Part shown: in pieces, positions 35,681 to 46,900 of the stretch
Numbering within the stretch: the first letter of the stretch is position 1
How the letters are laid out: each line of letters opens with the position of its first letter
From: Vezdaea acicularis
Lineage: Eukaryota
Reading direction: 5' to 3'
NCBI GenBank assembly: GCA_026025075.1
Contig: JAPEUI010000113.1
Coordinates: 1 to 50,661 of the forward strand
Length of the DNA: 50,661 bases
The notes under the pieces: generated by a model
Seen by the model: only the letters and a program-made list of their open reading frames with translations
What the model was told of the DNA's origin: nothing
Databases searched by the model: none
Program-made: the position numbers and the translations under genes

Positions 35681-38600
35681 ATGATCTCTAAGCCCGATGA
35701 ATGTTCTAGATCTTGTCACAACCCATCACGCTGCCAACTACCGATCGAGTCTGGAATGGCACTCAGCTATGACAAGCCACTGCCGGCCCCCGGTGGTAAC
35801 ACAAACAATGATATCAACGAGGGTCAACGTCGGGATGGGGATTATAAGTTCTCATCAGGAGTTGATAAGAAGCGGGTGCAGGCATCCAGAAACCAACGTT
35901 CAGAATCGATAAGCAGCGATGATGAGGAGTGGTGGTCGGATGATGACCCTCTCGCCAGTAAGGCATCGAAGGATACAACAGTTCCGAGTATGAATGGTTA
36001 CGGGAGCAATCAGGCTGTGGTAACAGCTGCCCCCTCAAAGGCTGCTCCTCCTCGAGCATATTCGGTGGTAAAGCTGAAAAGGGAGAAATCTAAAGGGAGA
36101 CAAAGAGCGCAGAATGCATTAGCAGGCATTAAGGTCATCACAGACATCTCCGTCAAAAGCTATCCTCAGCCCGTCCGGGCGCAACCAAAGACGCAGGATG
36201 CCAAACGAACAGTCCTGGAAGCCCCACAGCGTGGCGAGGCATCGAATGGGCCACAAACCGCTTGGACGGATCTCTTCAGCAAAACACCCGAGCAACAGCA
36301 GAACCGAAGCCCGAAGTCGAGAAGAAGACAAGCAGAGGCGGGAGTTCCGGTTGTGGACAAAAAATGGAAGGCCCAAACAAGAAACAACGCTCCTGCTCCG
36401 GCACAAGTTGGACAATTTATCAATTTGATGGATTTAGCAGGCTTGAACGACACTAAAGAGAAGGACAACGACAAGATGTCGGATTGGCTTCGGGGAATAA
36501 AGGAAGCTACACGACAGAAGCAAAGGAGCCGTGGCCATCGACGGATACCAACAAGTTCAAGTAACGGTTCTTCGAAGGGAAAATCTTCAAGAGACCTTGC
36601 AAAAGCTACGTACACCAGCCAACAGTCGCAAGGCCGTTCTGAGAAAATAGCTTCTGAGCTAGTCACAGGCGGAGGGCTTGGCCTCATCGTGGCAGAAGCA
36701 ACGAAGAACTACCCAGAAAACTCGTCCAAGGGCTTCTTGGGACATGGCAGAAATCCGAGTAATAACTCAAAAGGTCTTGCCATAGAGCCTCTCCGTCTGG
36801 GAAGCTCAATTTCCCCAAGTGACGGAAAAATATTTATCGGCCTCTCTGTTCCCTCCGCAAAGGCTTCAGAGTTTGCCTTGAGCCCTGAGTCCGCCACTGC
36901 AGCTCATCCTTACCATAATGAAGCTCACGATCCGAATTCAGCAACTACACCGACTATTCTAGTCACGTCCGCCGAGGCTAATTCTAAGTGGGAAGGGCCA
37001 CAAAGAGGTGCTGATCTATCGTCGCAGAAGGCTAGAGCTCGCTCTAGCATATATTCAACGGTGACGCCTTATGGGGAGCAACCCAACAATGCAGTTATAC
37101 CGCCTATGCCAACTAAGTTCGCAAAAGCTCACCAACTTGCAACGGTTTCCAAGCAACATGAGGGCGTGCCACGAGAGTCTGTAATAACAGTTTTCGAAGA
37201 AGACGAAATGACGCCCCGGACTGGTGAGCCACATAGTGCTATATCCAGCATATTCTTTGGCTCAAGACTGAGGGCTTTGAGTATCGATACTTTGGCAAAA
37301 GAACGCAGTTCGAAAGGCTGGTGGGACCACATTAAGAGTCCTTTCATGCTCTCCAGGTCAAGCACAAACGCGTCGAGACATGGGCTGAGTCCAACCGAGG
37401 ATGCACCTGAGCTTCCGAGTTTAGCGCATGCCGCCGAGATAGCACAACGTCACGACGACATGAAGAAGAAAATCTGGCAGAAACAGTCTCCAGTGAGCCC
37501 TGAAGATGTGGGACCAAAAAGTGGGCATACGACTATTTGGACTGACCTCAGCGGATGGGAAGCCGAGCGAGAAGCAAAATTTCAGGGTCAGCACAACGAG
37601 ACTGCTAGGGGTATAGAAGCTTCGCCAAATGGCACATCTGTGGTGGGTGACTCGACGGGCAAAGCGGCGCCTCTAGTCCCAATATCGGAGCATGAAGGTT
37701 TAAACTACTCTTACTATCATCCAGAGGAGAAAAATGAGCAATGGCTATCACCTGGTAACCCTACCTCGCCGCCGCGCTTTTTGGAATCACCCCAAGTGAA
37801 GTCGCCAGACGATGTTCTGAGCCCGAACGATCGAGAGGTGCCCTTCATTCTAGCAGATGACTCCAAGAAAGTCGAGACAGAACGACAGGTTCCCGACCCT
37901 GTGGCTCCGAAGAAAATCCGCCCACTGTTCATAGACACGTCGCTAAAGCCCGGTCAGCAGACAACTCGAGCAGTCCCTGGATCGCCGCTACCAGACGAAG
38001 TTGAAACACCCACAGTTCACGAAGCAAATGCAGTTCGCTATGTTCAAGCTCGAAGCAGTATTCAGTCTACAGACAAGAAGCCCATCTCTGCCATGAAGAC
38101 TCCGCCGAAACCTGATTCCTATTCACCTTTTCCGCCTCCATACACCGGTCGAAAACCACCCCAAGTGATCATCAACAACACGTACTCGACCAGCCATAAC
38201 TACGTACAATCACCTGGGCCTCTGTCTGCTGGACTACGTAGAGCCATAGGCGCCAACCGCGGGGGGCAGATGACCCAAGTCCCACTCACTCCAGCAGCGG
38301 CAGAAAAGGGGCCGAAGTCCGAGTTTGAACATCCTTCTCAGCAGTGGCCACCTGTAGCGCTACCCGAAAGGCCAGCCCGACGAAGGCTCTGTTTCGGAAA
38401 GACGAAAGAGGACAAGAAGAAAAAGAAGGTGTGGTTTTGGTGGCTGGGAGGGGGGATCGCGCTCCTCATTCTGATCGTGGTGCTCGCGATGACGGTCCAC
38501 AAAAAGTCCAGCAACCCGGTCATCTCCTCCCAATGGATGAACAACACGGGCTATCCACCCATGCCCACCGGAGTCGCCACCATCGTCCAGCCCAGCGCCG

Positions 38601-39661
38601 TAGCAGAAAACAGCGGCTGTATCGCCCCCTCGACAATGTGGAGCTGCGCCCTGCCTAAAGAGCTACAAAGCGGCATCTTGCCCAACCGCCCCGACGAGCC
38701 CAACTTCACCATCGAAATCCTCTACCGAAACGGCACTCTCCCGTCCTCGAAAAGAGCAGCGAAGCGCTCCCTCCGGAGCTTCAGCAGCCGCATCCTCCAC
38801 CCCCGCGACGCCGCCACCGACGCAAACTTCACGCCCGACCCCTCACCCCCCAGCGTCGAAGAAATGGCCTTTCTGGGCAACACGACCGACGGCGTCGTCG
38901 CCCCCAACAAAGCCGGCGAACCCACCCCCTTCTACGCCTCCTTCCTCTCCAACCCCAACACCCCCTCCTCCCCCCTCCTACACAAACGGGACCAATCCTT
39001 CCCCGACGCCCTCAGCGCCATCCCTCCACCAGCCACAAACCCCGACGGCACAGCCCACGCCGCCACCCTCCTCCCCCTTCCCCTCTCCCAGCCCCTCCGC
39101 CTCTACGACCGTGGCCTGCAGACAGAACACTACGCCTTCTACACCTACTTCGACCGCGCCATCTTCCTCTCCGCCGACATCTTCAACGACTCCTCCGCCG
39201 CCCCCTCGCCCGCCGACGCTACCGGCGGCGCGCTCGAGAAAGCCGCGCGAGTCAGGTGTACGTGGTCGCAAACCCGCTTTTTGGTGCAGATCTGGACGCA
39301 ACCTAAACCCGGGAAGAGTCTGCTTGGGAATCACTCTGTCCAATCCCCCTCCGCCACACCAAGCACATCCCAAAAACAACCAGGTTCCTTCCCCTACCCC
39401 CTAACCCTAACACTCGACCGACACGGCGGCTCTCTCACCCAGAAATTCCTCTACTGCTACGGTCTCGACTCCAACCAGCAACCCCTCCCGTCCCAGAAAC
39501 AGTTCATGCAGGAACAGGTGGGCGCGGGAGGGCAGCTGGTAGGCGGGGGCTCGGGGCCGTTGGGGGGGAATGTCTCGCTGGAGCAGGGCGGGTGGGGCGG
39601 CATCGATGGTGGGAGTGGGGGATGTAGCTGTCGGTGGCAGAATTGGATTGGGACGGATTGA
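35681..39661 (+). CDS. Large uncharacterised type II membrane protein (disordered N-terminus, single TM, Cys-containing C-terminal domain)
   Basis: ORF of about 1330 codons; first ATG at 35681, alternative at 35756. KKKKK precedes TM VWFWWLGGGIALLILIVVLAM; C-terminal blocks GYPPMPTGVATI, GCIAPSTMWSCALPKE, RCTWSQTRFLVQIWT, PGSFPYPLTLTLDRHGG, GGCSCRWQNW. Confidence 0.82.
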   Translation: MISKPDECSRSCHNPSRCQLPIESGMALSYDKPLPAPGGNTNNDINEGQRRDGDYKFSSGVDKKRVQASRNQRSESISSDDEEWWSDDDPLASKASKDTTVPSMNGYGSNQAVVTAAPSKAAPPRAYSVVKLKREKSKGRQRAQNALAGIKVITDISVKSYPQPVRAQPKTQDAKRTVLEAPQRGEASNGPQTAWTDLFSKTPEQQQNRSPKSRRRQAEAGVPVVDKKWKAQTRNNAPAPAQVGQFINLMDLAGLNDTKEKDNDKMSDWLRGIKEATRQKQRSRGHRRIPTSSSNGSSKGKSSRDLAKATYTSQQSQGRSEKIASELVTGGGLGLIVAEATKNYPENSSKGFLGHGRNPSNNSKGLAIEPLRLGSSISPSDGKIFIGLSVPSAKASEFALSPESATAAHPYHNEAHDPNSATTPTILVTSAEANSKWEGPQRGADLSSQKARARSSIYSTVTPYGEQPNNAVIPPMPTKFAKAHQLATVSKQHEGVPRESVITVFEEDEMTPRTGEPHSAISSIFFGSRLRALSIDTLAKERSSKGWWDHIKSPFMLSRSSTNASRHGLSPTEDAPELPSLAHAAEIAQRHDDMKKKIWQKQSPVSPEDVGPKSGHTTIWTDLSGWEAEREAKFQGQHNETARGIEASPNGTSVVGDSTGKAAPLVPISEHEGLNYSYYHPEEKNEQWLSPGNPTSPPRFLESPQVKSPDDVLSPNDREVPFILADDSKKVETERQVPDPVAPKKIRPLFIDTSLKPGQQTTRAVPGSPLPDEVETPTVHEANAVRYVQARSSIQSTDKKPISAMKTPPKPDSYSPFPPPYTGRKPPQVIINNTYSTSHNYVQSPGPLSAGLRRAIGANRGGQMTQVPLTPAAAEKGPKSEFEHPSQQWPPVALPERPARRRLCFGKTKEDKKKKKVWFWWLGGGIALLILIVVLAMTVHKKSSNPVISSQWMNNTGYPPMPTGVATIVQPSAVAENSGCIAPSTMWSCALPKELQSGILPNRPDEPNFTIEILYRNGTLPSSKRAAKRSLRSFSSRILHPRDAATDANFTPDPSPPSVEEMAFLGNTTDGVVAPNKAGEPTPFYASFLSNPNTPSSPLLHKRDQSFPDALSAIPPPATNPDGTAHAATLLPLPLSQPLRLYDRGLQTEHYAFYTYFDRAIFLSADIFNDSSAAPSPADATGGALEKAARVRCTWSQTRFLVQIWTQPKPGKSLLGNHSVQSPSATPSTSQKQPGSFPYPLTLTLDRHGGSLTQKFLYCYGLDSNQQPLPSQKQFMQEQVGAGGQLVGGGSGPLGGNVSLEQGGWGGIDGGSGGCSCRWQNWIGTD

Positions 39662-40039
39662 TGAGGGTGGGGGGATGGAATATGTGTGTGGTCGGGAAGA
39701 AAGGGGGAGCCTTTTATTTAAAAATTCACTTTTTTTGTTTTCTTTTTGTATGGGCATTGCATAGCGTTCGGTAGGGTCCATGGGAGATATCCTGCATTGC
39801 ATTGGGGTTGCGTACGGAGAGGGGGGCGGGGTCTTTATTCAGTAGAGAATGCCAACGGAAGATATTCTTGTTTGTGCTTGACGTGATGTTCTACCTGGTA
39901 AGATTACAAAGTCGTATACGGTTCAAAGATACGGGTTCGTGCACCAGCCATCCCACATAGCCATCTTTTTCCCGATACCACACATTTCCCCTACTTTCCT
40001 CCGCCCCTGTCTCCCTTCACTAGGTGCAGGTCTTCAATT

Positions 40040-40687
40040 CTAAACAATGACGATGTTCTCGGCCTGTGGGCCCTTCGCCCCCTGCGAGACGTCGAACTCC
40101 ACCTTCTGGCCTTCGGTCAATTCTCTGAAGCCTTGCGTCTGTGATGTAGCAGCAAGTGTCAGTCAGCCATACTCTGTGCTAATACCCATATACTCGACAA
40201 CACCCCGCTTCCTAGATAAGCTTGTACGGTCCACTGCTTGCCTCGCCCAGGGATGGGTTGAGGAAACCTCTGAGTGCTGAGCTGGTAAGGTGGAGAACCT
40301 CCCCCACATCCTCTGCTCAACAGGGTAGGGGCGAGGAGGGCAAGTCTGGAGTATGAATTTGGGGAGGGTATAGTAACAGACGCGAAGGGATCGTAGAATA
40401 GAGCAAAGAGATAGAGTTAAACCTACCGCAATATTGCTATAATGCGCAAACACGTCCGGCCCACCGCCATCCTGTTCAATGAAGCCGAATCCCTTCTAAC
40501 AACCCGCCTCATTCATCAGTTCGCGGACATTTCAGGGCATGGGGGTCAACAGAAGCGAAGGCTTTTCCATGAGATAGATAGACATCGGGGGAAGAATTGG
40601 GGGAAAAGACGGCGAAGGGAAGATTGTGTTGTGTGAGAGCAAAGGACGAACCTCCGAGTTAAACCACTTGACCACACCTGTAGCCAT
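40040..40687 (-). CDS. Stand-alone cold-shock domain protein (CspA family), 67 aa, 3 exons
   Basis: Exons 40687-40652, 40495-40427 and 40138-40040 with phase-0 introns (GTTCGT..TTAG; GTAGGT..CTGAC..ACAG) splice to [67 protein letters not shown], containing RNP1 (KGFGFI) and RNP2 (VFAHY). Confidence 0.95.
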
Positions 40688-40788
40688 CCTGGAACGAACC
40701 GGGGCGACTTGACTTGCTTGAAGATAGTGATCGATTGAATGAGTGAGTCTCGTCCCTCACTTGTCTCACTTGTCTAGTCTATTAAACC

Positions 40789-40800
40789 GTATATATATCT
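40789..40800 (-). promoter_or_regulatory. Putative TATA element of the csp gene
   Basis: ATATATATA tract about 100 bp upstream of the csp ATG at 40687. Confidence 0.4.
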
Positions 40801-40987
40801 CTCGAAGAGCGCGCGGGAGAAAGATTTCACTACGAAGAAGTTGTACAAAGCCAGAAGAAAGACTCAAAGCTCCCCAGAAAAAAAGAGCTCAAGAGCGGGG
40901 TAAAAAAAAAAGCCCGCTTCCAAACGGAGTGAGGGGTAAGGTAGGTAGGGTGGTACAAGGTACGAGTACAGTAAGCAAGCAACACGG

Positions 40988-41001
40988 CCCCCCCCCCCCC
41001 C
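40988..41001. repeat. Poly-C/poly-G homopolymer (14 bp) upstream of the csp gene
   Basis: Directly visible run of C; nearby short CAG/CTG tracts at about 41048-41063 and 41135-41145. Confidence 0.7.
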
Positions 41002-41765
41002 TTCCCCTTCCTCGAAACAAAACCTGCCGACGACATGCTTTTCCTTGCTGCTGCTGCAGCTGCAGATCCAGTAGGAGCAAGCAGCCAGGGACTAGGGGGC
41101 CAGAAGTCGTAGGAGCCAGGAGCCAAAGGCCAGGAGCAGCAGCAGCCGGCAGGCGCAGCCAAAGAGAAAAATGATTGATTCCTTCTACGCCTGTCTCTTC
41201 CCCGACTCCTGCCCAGCGACGGCAGGTCCGACTTTCTCGCGGAGGTGGATGATGATGATGGCGGGACCCCGCTATCACGTGGTCTCCTCTTCCTCCTCTC
41301 TCTCTGTGCACGCAGCCAGATCAGACTAACAACAGCCCCAACCTCCCATTTCCCGTTCCAATTTTTATTTTAGAAAGTTAGAGTTTTAGAATTTACATAT
41401 TACATAGTTCTTATTCGCCTTAGCTCACCATCTACCTCCATCTACATACAACACTCCAAACACCCGCAGAAACAAACCCGCGCCGCCCGTACAAGATTTG
41501 GGGGGGGGTATATCATCTCTCTCTCCCTTTTCCTCCCTCTGTCGCTCTCTTTCTTTAAAATAGAAAAGAAACTCCCGCAGGTTCCCGCTCCATTAGAATC
41601 AAGACTCGGGGCGGAGGGGGGGGCTACACCGCCGTGCTTTCTAGATAGTATAAAAAACGCCACTCCCTTCCAGACCCACACGCCTTCTCCACCCCTTTTT
41701 GGAGAAAGAGTAGATAGCAAGACCACCTCACCCAACGATACCATGCACACACATACCCTACTCAC

Positions 41766-44700
41766 TCAATCAAGCCCACTCCCCTCCCCACTCTCACTAC
41801 TCCCACTCCTCCCACTGACACTCGCACTGCTACGACCAGAGGAGAAATAACTCTGATCAATCTTCAAGATCCACTCGACCTTCTCGCGCTCGCTTCTCGC
41901 CGCGAAGAGCCAGGTATTCCGCTCTGCATAGATGGCGAGGACGTTTTCCCTGACGCCGCCGCCGCCGCCATGCGATCCAGTCGCACCGGCATGTCCACCT
42001 GCGTTGGCACCTCCAGTCCTCTCAACACCAGTGCTACTACCACCGCTGCTACCACCACCACCAGCAGCAACAAGCAACAACTTAATATCCGGCGAATGAT
42101 CCACGCGCGCATTCGTAAGATTGACGACCAAAACCTCCTCTCCACCCGGCACGGCATGAACATGGAGATAGGGGCGGCGTAGCTCGACGTAGCGGCGGAC
42201 CCAGCGCGTGTGGGCCTCGTTCGGGCTGAGGAGGTAGCCGCCTTTGAGCAGATTGGGGTTTTTGGGGATGAGGCGCACTTCGGCGACGAGGCGGGGGGCG
42301 GGAGTTGGTTCTGCGTTCGGGGAGGAGGAGGTTGGGGCGGTGGAAGGGACGGAGGTGGAGGGGGCACGATGCGGGATAAGGCCGTTGGTGGGCGGTTCGG
42401 TGTTGGCGCTCACAAGGATGACTTCTCCAGGATCTTTGCGCGCTGCCCACAAGCCCAGGAACTTGCGCAGGAGGTCTTGCTGGCGTTGATCGAGCTCCGG
42501 GGCGGGGCTTGAGGCGGTAGTAGAGGCGGTGGCGGCGTTGTTGCTCGGGCGGAGGGCCCGCGAAGAGAGCACGCCGCGGGCGGTCTCGATCTCAGCGACG
42601 CGGCGGCGACGGCGGCGCTGCGCGATGTAGTCGCGGACGAGCGAGACGCCGCGCGGGGCCCAGTTGGTGAGGAGGTCCTCGCCTTTGACGTAGTCGTAGG
42701 AGGTGTTCATGCGCCAGAGGTCGACGGCGCGCTTGGCGGAGGTGGGGCGGATGGCGAGGCTGAAGGTGGAGACGGTGGAGCGGAGGGAGCGGGTGGGTTG
42801 GGGGGTAAAGAGGGTGAGGAGGCGGTAGGGGGAGGAGAGGGCGGAGCGGGTGTGGGCGCGGGGTTGGATCTGGGCGGTTAGGTGGAGGGAGAAGGTCATG
42901 GGCGCGGCGAGGCGGGGCGAGGTGGCGGTCCAGAGGAGGGAGAAGCGGATGCGGTAGTTGGGGGCGGTGGTGCGGTCGAGGAGGAGGGAGTCGTGTAGAG
43001 AGCTGTCCCATTGGCCCGTGAGCGTGGCGTTGCAGGTGCCATTTGCGTTTTGGTGAATCGTAGGCTGCGAGAGGAGCTTTAGGGGGATTTCAGGAGAAGG
43101 TGTGCCCAGGTCTTGCGCTTTGTTGGAGGGGTCCACGAGCTGGATGTGACCGACACGGAGGGAGGAGACGTCAGCCCATTCGAGAGTTTCGCCGGAACTG
43201 TGGGTGATGTTAACGACGATACGGCGTTGGAGGCCTTGGTGGAGTTGGTAGCAGCCCGGGTCCAGTTCGTGGTGTTGCAGCACTTCGACTGGTAGGTACT
43301 CGCCAGTCTCGGAGAGCTCTTGGATCTGCACTCTCGTAAACACGTCGTGCCGCTCTTCGGTATAAAACTCTCGCTCGGCGATGCGAGCGCTCTTCCTCCT
43401 ATGTTTCGGAGGCTGAGGCGCGTCTCGAATGCTGTCCCAGCTGAGCAGCTTGTCAAGATGCATCGAGGTAACCTTCGCGAAAATGGAGACTCGCAGGGAA
43501 GCGCCTCGAGAGCCAGTCTGTGGAAGGCTCATGCTATGGACACTCTCAAATTTGACTGGCCCTTCATCAAACTGACTGATCATCTGCGTAGTTGTTGCAC
43601 CACCCTCATCAGAGATACCAGGGATGAAAAGCTGAGCGTGTACATCTGTGCCCTCGCGCTCCGCGAACCCGACCATATCATGCATGACAACATTGAACTT
43701 GAGTGTCGAGGACGGCGCTTGAGCAGATGAGGGCTCCAGGGACAGCTTCACAATCCCAATGACGCTGCAAGTATACGGCGAGATGACATCCAAGGAGAAG
43801 TCTTGCACCCTCGACTCGAATACTGCCGTAAGTGGAATATCTGCGTCTCCAATAAGCGAGAACTGCGGCATGCAGGCCTCTGAGAAGGGGCTGCTGGGGA
43901 GGAGGTGCTGCAGGTACTCTGGCCGATCCAGGTACTGGTGCATCTGGCGCATCTGACGAACACGGACTTGAAGCTTCTCGAGCGACCAGAGGTGGATGAC
44001 ACTATTCTTGTAGTCGATGACCCGGACGGCAACGCATGGCTTTGGCGCGCTGTCCAGCATTTCGTCGTCTTCGCCCGAGATTCCATTCAGCACCAAGTCG
44101 TAGGATGACGCAAAGGTGTGTCCGACGTCGACCAAGGCGAACTGGAAGACAACGTCTTTGTCCATTTCCTGGCTCATGACCTGCGCTTGTTTCAGCGTGG
44201 CGGCGTGCTGCAGGATAGCTTCAGCCATTCGGACATATCGACGCTGACGCCAGTGTTCAATGACCGAGGAGGCTAACTTAATCTCGCCCTCAGTTAGTCC
44301 ATCGCCAGGGTTCTTCTTTGGCGATTCGGAAATCTCCCGAATCCGAGTCTCAAACTCCTCCTTCTGTAGCTGAAGCTGCGCCTGCATCTCCTCTTTCGCC
44401 GCTCTCAGGCTCTCCTCCATCTTCTCCTTCTCGGCTCGAATCAGGTCGATCTCGACGTTCGAGGCCTCGGCAGCTTTCAGCTTCTCTTGATAGTCCTCTT
44501 TCTGCTTTTCTAGCTGATTCTGCATATCTTCCCGCACCAGTCGCAACCGCTCGTCCACCTCGCCATACTGAGGCGTCGAAGGCATAGTGAGCGCGGTATC
44601 TAGCGAAAAGTTGTCTATCGTCCCCGTAGAGGCGTACTTCTCCCGGACAGGGTAAGAAGTCATCGAATCCGTGTCATCTTCTTCTCCATGTCTGCTCTCA

Positions 44701-46900
44701 GGTCGCCCTCTCCTTCCAGCTCGCACCCTCTGCACATCCTCGAACAGGTTGTCCAGCTCGTCATCCGTGAGCTGCGCAATCTTCTGATCAGGGCCTAACA
44801 GCGCACTCGCCGCTTCCCTCCTTGCCATCGACCAATCCGTATCTCGCGAGTTCTTGTTCATAGGTGCCGGCGAATCGGGCCTACTGCTCCCCTCAAAATC
44901 CGACAAGGCCCGACTGTGAGACCGTTCGTGGCCAAAGCCGTTCGAGAGTCGCGGACCGGGCGAGCCCGAGTTGCTTGCGAGCACAGAGTGTCTGAGAGAG
45001 CTCTGGGTCTCCGCTCGCTCAGCACGAGCCTCTTGTGGATTATTAAAACGGAAAATGTGAAAGTCGCCCAGGATGACACGGTAACCGCTCCGTAACCGCT
45101 TCGGTTCGTCGATACGAAGGCCATTTACCATGACAGCGGCACCCTCATTAGGCACGACGGTCACAACACCATCCGTATTCATAAAAGTACAGTGGTCGTG
45201 TAGTATCCTAGAACCGTTTAGTCTGATTTCAGACGTTGTCGCTGTCTCCACGTTCCCAACCGTAGTCGTCCCAGGCTTCAGATTATAGACTAGACACTCT
45301 GCCAGCAGAGGGTCGTCGCTTAAGTTGACCAGATGAGGCATCTTTTTAGGTGTATGTAGCCCCACGAAGCCCTTTTCTATGCTGATCCCAAGCTCTTCCA
45401 GCGCCGCTTCGCGCTCTTTGTGTATCTGCTCTGTCTTCTGCAGCTTCTGCTCCCACGTCTGATTCAGGTCTTGGTAGAGTTTCTCGGACTGGTTCAGCTG
45501 TTCTGCGATTTCAGCTTTCGAGACCTTCTTCACCGATCCATCGGCATTCGTGATAGTGACGAATTGCTTTTCGAGAGGGGTGCCCTCAGCGTAGACTTCT
45601 CCGGGGATGCCTTCCACAGACCCACCACCGCTCAGCTTTGATCGAAGCTGTGCGAGCTCCTCCTTCAACTCCCGTATCATCCGAGCATTTGGATCTTCGT
45701 TGACAACGGCGTGGTTCTTGATCCTCTTTGCCGAGTCGGCGTATCGTAATGTAGACAGAGTCTCCTCAAAATTGATATCAGCGGGAGATATCGCCGCAAT
45801 CATAGCCGTCATGCTGTTCCCACCTAACGAGTCCTTGAGAAGCCATGTCAGGACGGAATCTCGATAAGGAACCATCGACATATTCCTCTTCTTGCCGGAT
45901 GACAAGTCAGCAAGCGCTGCAATGACACGGCCGAGTGTCGACAAAGATCGATTGATCTCCGCTCCCTCCTTCAACCTCGCGCCAGTCGCGCCCGTCGAGG
46001 TGGCCCGTTCGGAACCCGCCAAATCGACCAGACTGATCTTCGCGACCTTCTCCGTATCCATGCGCGTCTCGACATCGTGTCTCTTCTGGGTCAGCGTCAA
46101 CGTGAAGACGGCATGTGAGCGACTCGACGTCTCGTTCATATTCGTCGCCGCTACTGTCCTAGCCTTATTGCCCTCATCCATCAGATGCTCAATCTCCGTA
46201 AACGACCGGACCACGAGCTTGGCCAGATCTTCGACGTAGGGCCCCGTAGATGGATGTTCTCGCACTTTGAGATTGCCCTTCGTGGCCGGGTTCAGCAGGT
46301 CTCGCACCCGCTCGTTGTAGATTTCCAGATACGACACCTCGACCGTACAGCTCAGGTTCGCGTCCTTCTGCTGCTCCGTGATGCGCTCGAACATGTCCTG
46401 GCAAATCCTGGGGATGACCCCCGCCTCCGCTCCATACCCCATCATCGAGTACGACTTTCCCGAGCCGGTCTGCCCATACGCGAAGATGCAGTTGTTGTAA
46501 CCCTGGAAGGCGTTGTCCAGCAGGGGTTTCCCCAAGTCGGCGTGTAGATTGTCCTGACCGGCAAAATGTGGATCGTTTTTGTCGAAGCTCCAGTAACTCC
46601 TGTCGAACGCAAACACCTTCTGCCCGTCCACCTTCCCACCCTTGCTGTTCCGCAGTCGCTCTTCGGCATCGGGAGGGGGGATGAGGATAGTCTGGGACTC
46701 TTTCATCTGGACGACGCATTTTGCATGGCGGTCCAATTCTAAGCAACACAGCGAGTTTAGCCGGCGTCATTGGTGAGGGGCCCCCCTTGGTCTGGCTGGA
46801 GATCCAGCCTGTAGCCCCATAACACGACTCACTTACCTCTATTATTGAAAGGCCGCACCCTCACCACCACCTTAATGTTCCCACCGCCCGCTGGCGCCAT
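41766..46900 (-). CDS. Kinesin-3 family motor (Unc-104/KIF1/UncA-like) with FHA and C-terminal PH domains
   Basis: Exon 46900-46837 (MAPAGGGNIKVVVRVRPFNNR), intron 46739-46836; P-loop GQTGSGKS, switch motifs NETSSRSH and LVDLAGSE, FHA region (PHLVNLSDDPLLAECLVY..ILGDFHIFRFNNP), PH domain (WVRRYVELRRPYLH). Confidence 0.96.

Noticed and set aside
40047..40280. Plus-strand 77-aa ORF (MTMFSACGPFAP...)
   Set aside because: Antisense to csp exon 3; the minus strand carries the recognisable protein.
40040..40687. Bacterial contamination or chimeric assembly as the source of the csp sequence
   Set aside because: The coding sequence is interrupted by two canonical spliceosomal introns and flanked by fungal-type sequence.
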